Of a stretch of DNA of 31,405 nucleotides, positions 1 through 7,621 are shown piece by piece. The number at the start of each line of letters is the position of its first letter. The stretch's first letter is position 1. Source of the DNA: a virus (taxonomy: Duplodnaviria; Caudoviricetes); the IMG/VR virus record IMGVR_UViG_3300033485_000059, positions 1-31,405 of that record. One strand, 5' to 3'. A program made the translations under genes and the position numbers. Under the pieces are notes generated by a model. It was not told the origin of the DNA, did not search any database, and worked only from the letters and a program-made list of their open reading frames with translations.

Positions 1-56
1 GCCATCTCGCGGTGTGTACGGATCTGCCGGGCCGATAGCACCCTCAGGAGGCACCA

Positions 57-155
57 ATGCGCCGAGAAATCCCGGGAATCATCGCCGCCGTCCTTATCGG
101 GGCCCTGCTGGCGGTGATTCTCGCGGTCCTCATCGTGGAAGGAATGCGTCCCTGA
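57..155 (+). CDS. small single-TM membrane peptide (32 aa, MRREIPGIIAAVLIGALLAVILAVLIVEGMRP)
   Basis: Not in the ORF track; read by hand. AGGAGG RBS at 46-51, ATG at 57, hydrophobic stretch, and its TGA overlaps the ATG of the next gene (TGATG, 153-157). Confidence 0.6.
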   Translation: MRREIPGIIAAVLIGALLAVILAVLIVEGMRP

Positions 156-625
156 TGGGAATTGCTGGGAGGGTCCCGAATCCTGACCGGGTGCGCCGAA
201 ACAAGGATGTGCGCGCCGACGTCGCCGCCGAGACGGTCGACTCGCGGCCGTCGTCACGGCGAATGCACGGGCCGCCTTTGCGCGCCGCGTGGGCGAATGA
301 CGAGGACCGTGAATGGTGGAATGCGTGGCGGCGTTCCCCGATGTCGGAGAAGTGGGGGGAGGTCGACTGGGCCTACCTTCAGGACTGCGCGCATCTGCGG
401 CACCAGTACTACGAGGACCCGTCGCCGTCGTGGATGGCCGAGCTCCGGCTGAGGCTGACGAAGATGGGCGCGACGGCCGAGGACAGGCTGAAGCTGCGGA
501 TGGCGGTGCAGGGTGAGGCCGCTCAGCAGAAGGTGCGGCCGAGGGCGATCCAGCCGGACTCCGAGGAGGCCGCCAAGCCGGTGGCTGACATGGAGGAGCG
601 GCGTCGTCGTCTCCTCGGTGGCTGA
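155..625 (+). CDS. terS: terminase small subunit (actinophage type)
   Basis: Likely start is ATG 155 inside ORF 14..625 (GAAGGAA upstream). Contains R-R-R-N-K N-terminus, WWxxWRRSP, DWxxLxD and ELRLR...GAT.EDRL.LR motifs; lies immediately upstream of the large terminase. Confidence 0.8.
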   Translation: MGIAGRVPNPDRVRRNKDVRADVAAETVDSRPSSRRMHGPPLRAAWANDEDREWWNAWRRSPMSEKWGEVDWAYLQDCAHLRHQYYEDPSPSWMAELRLRLTKMGATAEDRLKLRMAVQGEAAQQKVRPRAIQPDSEEAAKPVADMEERRRRLLGG

Positions 626-627
626 CC

Positions 628-2241
628 GTGCGGGAGCGGCTGGAGGGTAAGGGCCACGACAGGTCTCGGGGGCTGGGGTGGCTGGCGGTGGCGTGGCTGG
701 AGGCGCTGACGGTCCACGGGCCGGGTGATGTGCAGGGCCGGGCGGTGCGGCTGGACGATGAGCTGGCGGGTCTGACGATGGACGCCTACGCGCTCGACCC
801 GCTGGGGCGGCGCATGTATGACAGCGTCTTCTACTCCGCGCCGAAGGGCACCGACAAGTCTGGGCATGCGGCCAGGCTGGCCCTGCTGGAGGCTCTGGGG
901 CCGTGCCGGTTCGGCGGGTGGGCCGAGGGCGGGGAGCAGTACAGGCTGCTGGACTTCGTCTACACCTACCGGCCGGGTGAGGCGATGGGCCGGGCGGTGA
1001 CGCACCCGTTCGTCCGTTGCATGGCAACGGAGGAGGGGCAGACGGGCAATGTCTTCGACGCGGTCTACCTGAACCTGGCCGAGGGGCCCTTGTCGGAGGT
1101 GCCGGGCCTGGACGTGGGCCTGACCCGGGTGGTGCTGCCGGACCGTGGGCGCATCGTGCCGAGCACGGCGTCGGCTGCCGGGAAGGACGGGGGGCGCGAG
1201 TCCTTTGTGACGTTCGATGAGACGCACTTGTACACCAGCAACGAGCTGCGCCGGATGTACGCGACGGTGAGGAGGAACCTGGCGAAGCGCAAGGCGGCCG
1301 AGCCGTGGGCTCTGGAGATCACCACGATGTACGCCCCTGATGAGGGGTCGGTCGCCGAGGACACCTACCGGACGGTGCAGGCGGTCCGCGAGGGCCGGGC
1401 CCGGGCGAGGCTGTTCGCCGACCATCGGCAGGCCGATCCTCGGGGGCTGGACCGGCCGCTGCGGGAGACGTCGGAGAGGCGTCTGAGGCAGGCGATCTCG
1501 GAGTCCTACGGGTCGGCGGCCGAGTGGATGGATGTCGACGCCATCGTGTCGCAGCTTCGGGATCCGCGAACCCTGGAGAGCGACGGCCGCAGATATTTCT
1601 TGAACATGCCCTACCGCTCGACGTCGTCGTGGCTGCGTCACGGGGCGTGGGAGAAGTGTGAGCGGCCGGGGCCGCCGCCGCCGGACGACTCCCGGGTGGT
1701 CCTGGCCCTGGACGGGTCCTTCTCCAACGACTCGACGGCCGTCATCGGATGCACCGCACCGGAGGACGAGGACGAGGTTCCGCACCTGTGGGTGGTGGGG
1801 TTGTGGGAGAGGCCGCCGAACGACCCGCATTGGAGGGTGTCGCAGTCGGAGGTCGAGGAGGCGATCATCGAGGCGGCCCGGCGGTGGGATGTGGTGGAGC
1901 TGGCCGCCGACCCGTTCCGGTGGCAGCGGACCCTGGAGGCGATCAACGAGACGGGCATCGAGGTGGTCGAGTTCCCTCAGACTCCGGCTCGGATGACTCC
2001 GGCGCTGGCGTCGTGGAACGAGGCAATCCTTGAGCGGAAGGTCACCCACGACGGCCACCCGGGGCTGACCCGGCACGTCTACAACGCGGTGCTGCGGGAG
2101 GATTCGCGGGGCCGTCGGCTGATGAAGGATTCGCCGAACAGCGTCCGCAAGATCGACGCGGCGGTGGCGGCGTTGATGGCGTTCGCGAGAGCGAGCTACT
2201 ACAGCGGGTCGAGCATGACTCCGACGGTTGCGTTCGTGTGA
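628..2241 (+). CDS. terL: terminase large subunit
   Basis: Walker A-like APKGTDKSG, Walker B FVTFDETH, RNase H-like nuclease motif LALDGS, C-terminal KIDAAVA; 537 aa. Confidence 0.95.
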   Translation: MRERLEGKGHDRSRGLGWLAVAWLEALTVHGPGDVQGRAVRLDDELAGLTMDAYALDPLGRRMYDSVFYSAPKGTDKSGHAARLALLEALGPCRFGGWAEGGEQYRLLDFVYTYRPGEAMGRAVTHPFVRCMATEEGQTGNVFDAVYLNLAEGPLSEVPGLDVGLTRVVLPDRGRIVPSTASAAGKDGGRESFVTFDETHLYTSNELRRMYATVRRNLAKRKAAEPWALEITTMYAPDEGSVAEDTYRTVQAVREGRARARLFADHRQADPRGLDRPLRETSERRLRQAISESYGSAAEWMDVDAIVSQLRDPRTLESDGRRYFLNMPYRSTSSWLRHGAWEKCERPGPPPPDDSRVVLALDGSFSNDSTAVIGCTAPEDEDEVPHLWVVGLWERPPNDPHWRVSQSEVEEAIIEAARRWDVVELAADPFRWQRTLEAINETGIEVVEFPQTPARMTPALASWNEAILERKVTHDGHPGLTRHVYNAVLREDSRGRRLMKDSPNSVRKIDAAVAALMAFARASYYSGSSMTPTVAFV

Positions 2242-3470
2242 GGGAGGCCGGGGTGCTGCTGGAGATCGACCGTCTTCGGGCGGCCCGGCTCGAGTTTGAT
2301 CTTGCTCGGCGGCATCTGCCCGGGCAGCACGACCAGTCGACCCACGCCGGGAAGGGCGGCCCGGCCGGGCAGGTTCTGCCCCTCGGGGCAGGCAGCCTCG
2401 CGTTGCAGCGCGCCTACAAGGAGGAGCTGGGGGACGCCCCGTCGACCGACGGCATGACCATGCTGGTCATGGACGACGACGGTGTCCGCATCGACGCCAA
2501 GATGCTGGTCGCGGAGCGCATCGAGGCGCGCATGGCCGAGGTGCCGACCCAGACCCTGGTCGAGGAGATGGCCGACCCCCGGCTCGGTGCCATCGCCATG
2601 AACGAGGTTGACGCCCGGGCGATGCTGCTCCGCGACGGCGACGACGTCGAGGTCCCCGAGCTCGGGTACGTCAAGCTCGGCCCGAGGTTCATCGACAAGG
2701 CCACCGCCGGGGACCTTGTAGACGAGGCGTGGCAGCCGGGCGCGGACCGGGCCGCCATCGACAAGATGCTGCGCGAACAGGGCTGGGCCCCGGTCGGATC
2801 GCCGGAGGCTGAGACGGCGCTGCGCCGGATGATGGTCGGCGAGCTAGTCCACCAGTGGGCGATCACCAGCAACGACTCCGACCCGCGCTCCCTGGCGATG
2901 CAGGAGACCGCCGCCAGGGTGTTCGACGTCAAGGGCCACGCCGACTGGCCTGCCAGCTCCTACCGCGACAGTGAGCGCCGGGGGCTGCTCGCCGACTACG
3001 GGTCGAGCGTCTACGAGCCGTTCCTGCGCGCCCAGTACGCCGAGACGCAGGACTTCCTCGCCCGGCACAACATCGCCGGGATGACCCTGGTCAGAGGCAT
3101 GCAGGACGTGCCCACGCTGCGGGGTGCCGACGACCGGGCGGTCAGCTACCCCCGGGTCCACGTCGGGACGGTGACGGCGGCGGCCCGACCCCTGTCGGCG
3201 TGGTCGGCGTCCCCGTCGGTCGGCGTCCGGTTCGCCCACGGCGAGAGCCTCCCCGGGGACGGGACAGGGGAGGGGGCCGGATCTGCCGTACTGGCCGCCC
3301 GGGTCCCGGCGTCGAGGATCTTCTCCACGCCGCTGAGCGGGAGCGGCTGTCTGGCCGAGGACGAGGTCGTCGTCCTCGGCGGGTCGTTCCCCGTCCGGTA
3401 TGTGTTCGCCGACTCCCAGGTGCTCAACCCTGACCTGGAGAGCCTCATCGTTGACGAGGCACCGCGATGA
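2238..3470 (+). CDS. His-tag-led protein with C-terminal R-S-E clade ADP-ribosyltransferase-like domain
   Basis: GTGA overlap with terL. RHLPGQHDQSTHAGKG at 2310-2357. Catalytic-like motifs LVRG (3087-3098), PLSAWS (~3189-3206) and CLAEDEVVVLG (E-x-E at 3357-3365). Confidence 0.75.
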   Translation: MREAGVLLEIDRLRAARLEFDLARRHLPGQHDQSTHAGKGGPAGQVLPLGAGSLALQRAYKEELGDAPSTDGMTMLVMDDDGVRIDAKMLVAERIEARMAEVPTQTLVEEMADPRLGAIAMNEVDARAMLLRDGDDVEVPELGYVKLGPRFIDKATAGDLVDEAWQPGADRAAIDKMLREQGWAPVGSPEAETALRRMMVGELVHQWAITSNDSDPRSLAMQETAARVFDVKGHADWPASSYRDSERRGLLADYGSSVYEPFLRAQYAETQDFLARHNIAGMTLVRGMQDVPTLRGADDRAVSYPRVHVGTVTAAARPLSAWSASPSVGVRFAHGESLPGDGTGEGAGSAVLAARVPASRIFSTPLSGSGCLAEDEVVVLGGSFPVRYVFADSQVLNPDLESLIVDEAPR

Positions 3471-5092
3471 CTCTGAACGTGGACGCCGATGACCTGCACG
3501 CCGACTGGATCGCGGAGGCGGCCCGGCTGGCCGGGCACGTCCCAGACGCCGACCTGTTCCCCGAGCAGTCACGGCACGGCGGCCCCGGGAAGCACCCCAA
3601 CGGCACCCCCCAGGCCATCCACGGCGGCCCCGGGTGGGCGCACAACGCGCTGCTGGAGAAGGTCGCCGAACACGGCGGCGGCTCCCTGAAGCTCGACGGG
3701 TCCGAACCTGTCGACGGGTACATGGTCGCCGACCTGCAAGGCGGCCGGGTCATTCCGGCGGCCGACTTCTTCGACCCGGCCACCGGGCCCAGCCTGGTCG
3801 CCGAGTTCGTCCGCGAGCACCGCGCCGAATTCGACTCCCCCGACACCTTCGTCGGGTTGTGGTGGGACAAGCCCCACCGCGAGGTCGACCTCGACGTATC
3901 CCATCGGATCACCGACCGGGAGAAGGCCATCGCCAAGGGCCAGGCCGAGAACCAGCAGGGGATCTGGGACGTGGTCGCGGGGCGCGATACTGGAGACGGG
4001 TTCGTTCCGACTGGAGGTGCTGGCGTTGGCCGAGCGCGTGTTCGTCAAGCCCCCGAAGCCGGTGAGCGAGATGACCGAGGAGGAGATCGACGCCTGGTCC
4101 CGTTCCCTGTGGGAGCAGGCGGTGACGTCGATGCTCGACTCCGAGCCGCCCTCGTCGGATTCCTGAGCACCCGGCACCTCCCCGGGCAGCACAACCAGCA
4201 GGACCACGCCGGGAAGGGCGCGGCCGGAGGAATGGCCGCGCTCACCGCCGCCGAGCAGGCCGAGGTGCTCGCCAACGCCGCCCGGTACGGGGTGACCCCC
4301 GAGTCGTTCAAAGAGGCCGCCCGGGCCAGGATCGAGGCCGCCAAGTCGATGCCCGACCCGTACCAGCCCGGCCTGACCGCCTACGAGGGCGGCATCGGCT
4401 GGTACGAGATGGCGAAGGGGGAGGCCGAGAGGGTCGGCGAGGGCGACCCGGTGAAGGGGGCGGCGCTCATCGCCGTCCTGTCGTCGCAGTGCCCGTGGGA
4501 CGCCAACGTGAGATGTGCCGACGCGATGGCCCACCTCGGGCGGCACCCCGAGGAGCTGGAGAAGTACGGCGGCGACCCCTTTGAGTGGTGGCAGGGCGAG
4601 CACAAGAGGTGGGGCGACTGCGGACCCCAGACCCGGGACAAGATCGGCGGGGCGTGGCGCATCGTCCAGGGCGAGAGCCCCGGCACGGTGATCACCGGCC
4701 GGAAGCGGCAGAATTTCTTTGAGAACATCCTCGACCCGTCGAACGGGGACTTCGTCACCGTCAACGGGCACATGACCAAGGTGTTCGCCTGGGTCGCCGA
4801 CCCGTCGACCCTGAAGGTCCCGATCCCCAAGGACCCCGAGAAGACTCCCACCAAGCTGAGCAACTACCTCGCCGGGGGCGGGTTCCTCGGCCGGTCGGTC
4901 GACCGGAAGGGCAAGACCCAGAAGAACGGCAAGGTGGTCACAGAGGCGCACGTCGAAGACCTCGGCTACCGATTCGTCGGGCAGCAGATCCTCGACCTGG
5001 CGCAGGAGACAGGCCTACGGCCGAACCAGATCCAGGCGATCCTCTGGAACACGGCCGTCACCCAACCGTGGCCGAAGGCGGCGAACCTATGA
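3467..5092 (+). CDS. polyprotein-like cargo protein: acidic leader, His-tag, unknown domain, linker, His-tag, HhH DNA glycosylase-like helical domain
   Basis: ATGA overlap with the upstream gene. Tags at 3572-3628 (RHGGPGKHPNGTPQAIHGG) and 4172-4219 (RHLPGQHNQQDHAGKG). Domain 1: GYMVA...VGLWWD...VDLDVS...NQQGIWD. Domain 2: WY...IAVLSSQ.PW..N...K..NF..NI...VTVNGH...QIQAILW. Confidence 0.7.
   Translation: MTLNVDADDLHADWIAEAARLAGHVPDADLFPEQSRHGGPGKHPNGTPQAIHGGPGWAHNALLEKVAEHGGGSLKLDGSEPVDGYMVADLQGGRVIPAADFFDPATGPSLVAEFVREHRAEFDSPDTFVGLWWDKPHREVDLDVSHRITDREKAIAKGQAENQQGIWDVVAGRDTGDGFVPTGGAGVGRARVRQAPEAGERDDRGGDRRLVPFPVGAGGDVDARLRAALVGFLSTRHLPGQHNQQDHAGKGAAGGMAALTAAEQAEVLANAARYGVTPESFKEAARARIEAAKSMPDPYQPGLTAYEGGIGWYEMAKGEAERVGEGDPVKGAALIAVLSSQCPWDANVRCADAMAHLGRHPEELEKYGGDPFEWWQGEHKRWGDCGPQTRDKIGGAWRIVQGESPGTVITGRKRQNFFENILDPSNGDFVTVNGHMTKVFAWVADPSTLKVPIPKDPEKTPTKLSNYLAGGGFLGRSVDRKGKTQKNGKVVTEAHVEDLGYRFVGQQILDLAQETGLRPNQIQAILWNTAVTQPWPKAANL
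4026..4166 (+). CDS. nested out-of-frame small acidic protein (46 aa, MAERVFVKPPKPVSEMTEEEIDAWSRSLWEQAVTSMLDSEPPSSDS)
   Basis: Not in the ORF track. GGAGGT RBS at 4013-4018, TTG at 4026, TGA at 4164-4166. Third codon positions are almost all G/C in this frame, while the host frame over the same stretch reads like shifted-frame R/G-rich filler. Confidence 0.65.
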   Translation: MAERVFVKPPKPVSEMTEEEIDAWSRSLWEQAVTSMLDSEPPSSDS

Positions 5093-5238
5093 CCGTGTTC
5101 GCGAAGGCGATGGACTTCCACGCCGACCTGGGGTCTGAAGACAACCCCGACGAGGAGACGATCCGGCAGTGGCTGCTGACAGACGTTCCACCCGAGGACC
5201 GGGCAAGGATCGCCGAGAGCCTCGGCGTGGACCTGTGA
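5089..5238 (+). CDS. small acidic protein (49 aa, MTVFAKAMDFHADLGSEDNPDEETIRQWLLTDVPPEDRARIAESLGVDL)
   Basis: Not in the ORF track. ATGA overlap with 3467..5092 and GTGA overlap with the next gene, so it fills the gap exactly. Confidence 0.7.
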   Translation: MTVFAKAMDFHADLGSEDNPDEETIRQWLLTDVPPEDRARIAESLGVDL

Positions 5239-5417
5239 ATGCGAAGCGGCACCGCGTGCCGAACCAGAGCGTGATGACCACGCTCATGGAGGTGGCCGGG
5301 GCGGCGCTCACCGTCGCCGGGGCCTTCGTCGCCGTCGGGACCGGGCTCGCCCTCGTCGCCGCCGGGGCGTGGCTGCTGCTGTTCGGCTGGCTGATCGGTG
5401 ACGGGAGCGATAGGTGA
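5235..5417 (+). CDS. small membrane protein preceding the portal
   Basis: Likely GTG start at 5235 in ORF 5169..5417. Two hydrophobic helices (EVAGAALTVAGAFVAV / LALVAAGAWLLLFGWLIG). Such genes are common upstream of HK97-type portals. Confidence 0.7.
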   Translation: MNAKRHRVPNQSVMTTLMEVAGAALTVAGAFVAVGTGLALVAAGAWLLLFGWLIGDGSDR

Positions 5418-7621
5418 GCATCCTGCGGCGCGGAGCCAGCCAGCGCGGACGCCCCACCGGACCGGACGACATCGGGGAGGCCTACGTCCTCACCACGTCC
5501 TACGGGGTCGGGGAGACCAAGGACCGGGTCAACCCGGCGCAGTACCAGTCGTGGGCCGAGAACGGGTACAAGGGCAACAGCATCGTCGCCGCCGTCCTCA
5601 ACGTGCGGATCATGCTGTTCAGCGAGGCGTCGTTCGTCCTCCGCGACATCGACACCAAGGAGACCCGCTGGGACGACGCCCTGTCGATCCTTGAGACCCC
5701 CTGGCCGGGCGGCACCACCGGGGACCTCCTGTCCATCATGGAGTCCGACGTCAGCCTCGCCGGGAACAACTACCTGACCGTCCTCGACGGCGAGATCGTC
5801 CGCATCCCCCCGCACCTCCTCGACATCGTCACCGCCCCCATCATCGACTCCCGAGGCCAGGAGTCACCCCGCCGCGACCTCGTCGGCTACCTGTACAGCC
5901 CCGACGGCGTCCCGTCGGAGCGCTCGATGTTCTTCGCCCCCGGGGAGATCGCGCACTACCGGCCCCTGCCCGACCCGATGAAGCCGTGGCTCGGCATGAG
6001 CTGGCTGACCCCCGTCGTGCGGGAGATCAACAACGACATCGCGATGGGCCAGTACAGCGAGCAGTTCTTCGCGAACGCGGCCGTCCCCAACCTCCTGATC
6101 ACCTACCGGGAGAAGCTCAACGACAAGGTGCTGGAACGCACCCGGGACGCGGTCCGCGCCAAGCACGGCGGCATAGACCAGGCATTCCAGACGATGGTCC
6201 TCGACAACGGCGCGGACGTCACCGTCATCGGCAACAGCTTTGAGCAGATCTCGTTCGCGTCCGTTCGGGCCGCCGGGGAGACCCGCATCGCCGCCGCCGC
6301 CGGGGTCCCCCCGATGATCGTCGGCCTGAAGGAAGGCCTCCAGGCCAGCACGCTCGCCAACTACCGGGAGGCGCTCGACAGGTTCGCGAACCTCACCCTG
6401 CGCCCACTGTGGCGCAACGCGTGCGGGTCCCTGTCGTCTCTCGTCTCCGTGCCCGACGGGGCCCGGCTCTGGTACGACACGACCGACATCGCGGCGCTGC
6501 GCGAGGCCGAGACCGAGAGGGCGGCCATCTTCCAGACCAAGGCAGCGACCGCGTCGACCCTCATCCAGTCCGGCTACAAGTCCGAGTCCATCCCGGCCGC
6601 CGTCGAGGCCGCCGACCTGAAGCTGTTGCAGCACACCGGCCTCGTCCCGGTGCAGCTCTACGAACCCAAGGCCAAGGGCGAGGGGGCCGCCCCGCCGGGT
6701 GGGCCGCCGGGTGAGCCGGAAGACGAGACCGAAGAGTCCGACGAGCCTGCCCCGGTCGAGGAGCCGGGCGGCCGGTCGAGGAAGCCCTGCGAAGGATGCG
6801 GGGACTCCGACCTGTTCGACGCCGACCGGCTCGCCGACTCCCACCGGCACCTGGCCGGGAAGCACGACCAGCGGACCCACGCCGGGGGGAAGGCCCTCGG
6901 AGCCGCGACCCCCTACGCGGGTTCCGGCACCAAGGACGACCCCTACCGGACACCCGACCCCCTGCTGGCCGCCAAGTTCCTCGGCGAGGACAAGTACGTC
7001 CAGCTGGAGGACACCCACCAGGCCTCGACCATGCTGGACGAGGTAGCCCGAATGGTCGAGGACGCGGAGGCCAAGGGAGAGAAGGCCCCCGTCTACGACC
7101 TGTGCAAGGCGAGCGTCCCCGGCACCAACCTGTTCTGCGCCGAGTCGAAGGGCATCAAGCGCATCGAGATGCCGCAGCTCTCCGGCAAGCCCGTCCCAGG
7201 GTCGAAGGCCGACCTCCTCCCGAAGAACGCCAAGGGCGAGGTCGACATCAAGGCAGCGTTCGTCCAGAACCTCCACGACAAGGGCATGATGTCGCGGCCG
7301 ATGAAGGTCGACGCGGCCTACCTCCGCGCATCGCAGAATGAGCTGGTCGGCCGCCAGGTCGTCGGCATGCGCGATGCCCTGGAACGCGGCACCCTCCCCG
7401 CCGGTTCGATCATCGTCACGAAGGACAGGTATGTGGTCGACGGCCACCACAGGTGGGCGGCGAACATCGCCTACGAGCTGAAGCGGGGCGGCAGCCGGGT
7501 CGAGATGGACGTCGAGATGGTCGACGCCGACATCATCACCGTGCTCCGCGAGGCCTGGACCTTCGCCGAGGAGATGGGCATCCCACCCAAGTCAGGGAGC
7601 AGGAGCAGGACATGGAGCTGA
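5414..7621 (+). CDS. HK97-family portal protein with C-terminal His-tag and ParB/Sulfiredoxin-like extension
   Basis: Portal motifs LAGNNY, EIAHYR..DP....GMSWL, FFANAAVP, IAAAAGVPP.IVG up to about 6670. Then an acidic/Pro linker, RHLAGKHDQRTHAGGK (6845-6892), and a domain with LRASQNEL and VVDGHHRWAA (DGHHR at 7439-7453). Confidence 0.9.
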   Translation: MSILRRGASQRGRPTGPDDIGEAYVLTTSYGVGETKDRVNPAQYQSWAENGYKGNSIVAAVLNVRIMLFSEASFVLRDIDTKETRWDDALSILETPWPGGTTGDLLSIMESDVSLAGNNYLTVLDGEIVRIPPHLLDIVTAPIIDSRGQESPRRDLVGYLYSPDGVPSERSMFFAPGEIAHYRPLPDPMKPWLGMSWLTPVVREINNDIAMGQYSEQFFANAAVPNLLITYREKLNDKVLERTRDAVRAKHGGIDQAFQTMVLDNGADVTVIGNSFEQISFASVRAAGETRIAAAAGVPPMIVGLKEGLQASTLANYREALDRFANLTLRPLWRNACGSLSSLVSVPDGARLWYDTTDIAALREAETERAAIFQTKAATASTLIQSGYKSESIPAAVEAADLKLLQHTGLVPVQLYEPKAKGEGAAPPGGPPGEPEDETEESDEPAPVEEPGGRSRKPCEGCGDSDLFDADRLADSHRHLAGKHDQRTHAGGKALGAATPYAGSGTKDDPYRTPDPLLAAKFLGEDKYVQLEDTHQASTMLDEVARMVEDAEAKGEKAPVYDLCKASVPGTNLFCAESKGIKRIEMPQLSGKPVPGSKADLLPKNAKGEVDIKAAFVQNLHDKGMMSRPMKVDAAYLRASQNELVGRQVVGMRDALERGTLPAGSIIVTKDRYVVDGHHRWAANIAYELKRGGSRVEMDVEMVDADIITVLREAWTFAEEMGIPPKSGSRSRTWS

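Noticed and set aside
14-154. Extended N-termini given by the ORF track (starts 14, 7453, 9800, 15385, 25623, 27182, 29425, 30212)
   Set aside because: They overlap upstream genes and lack an RBS; downstream starts with an RBS or stop/start overlap fit better.
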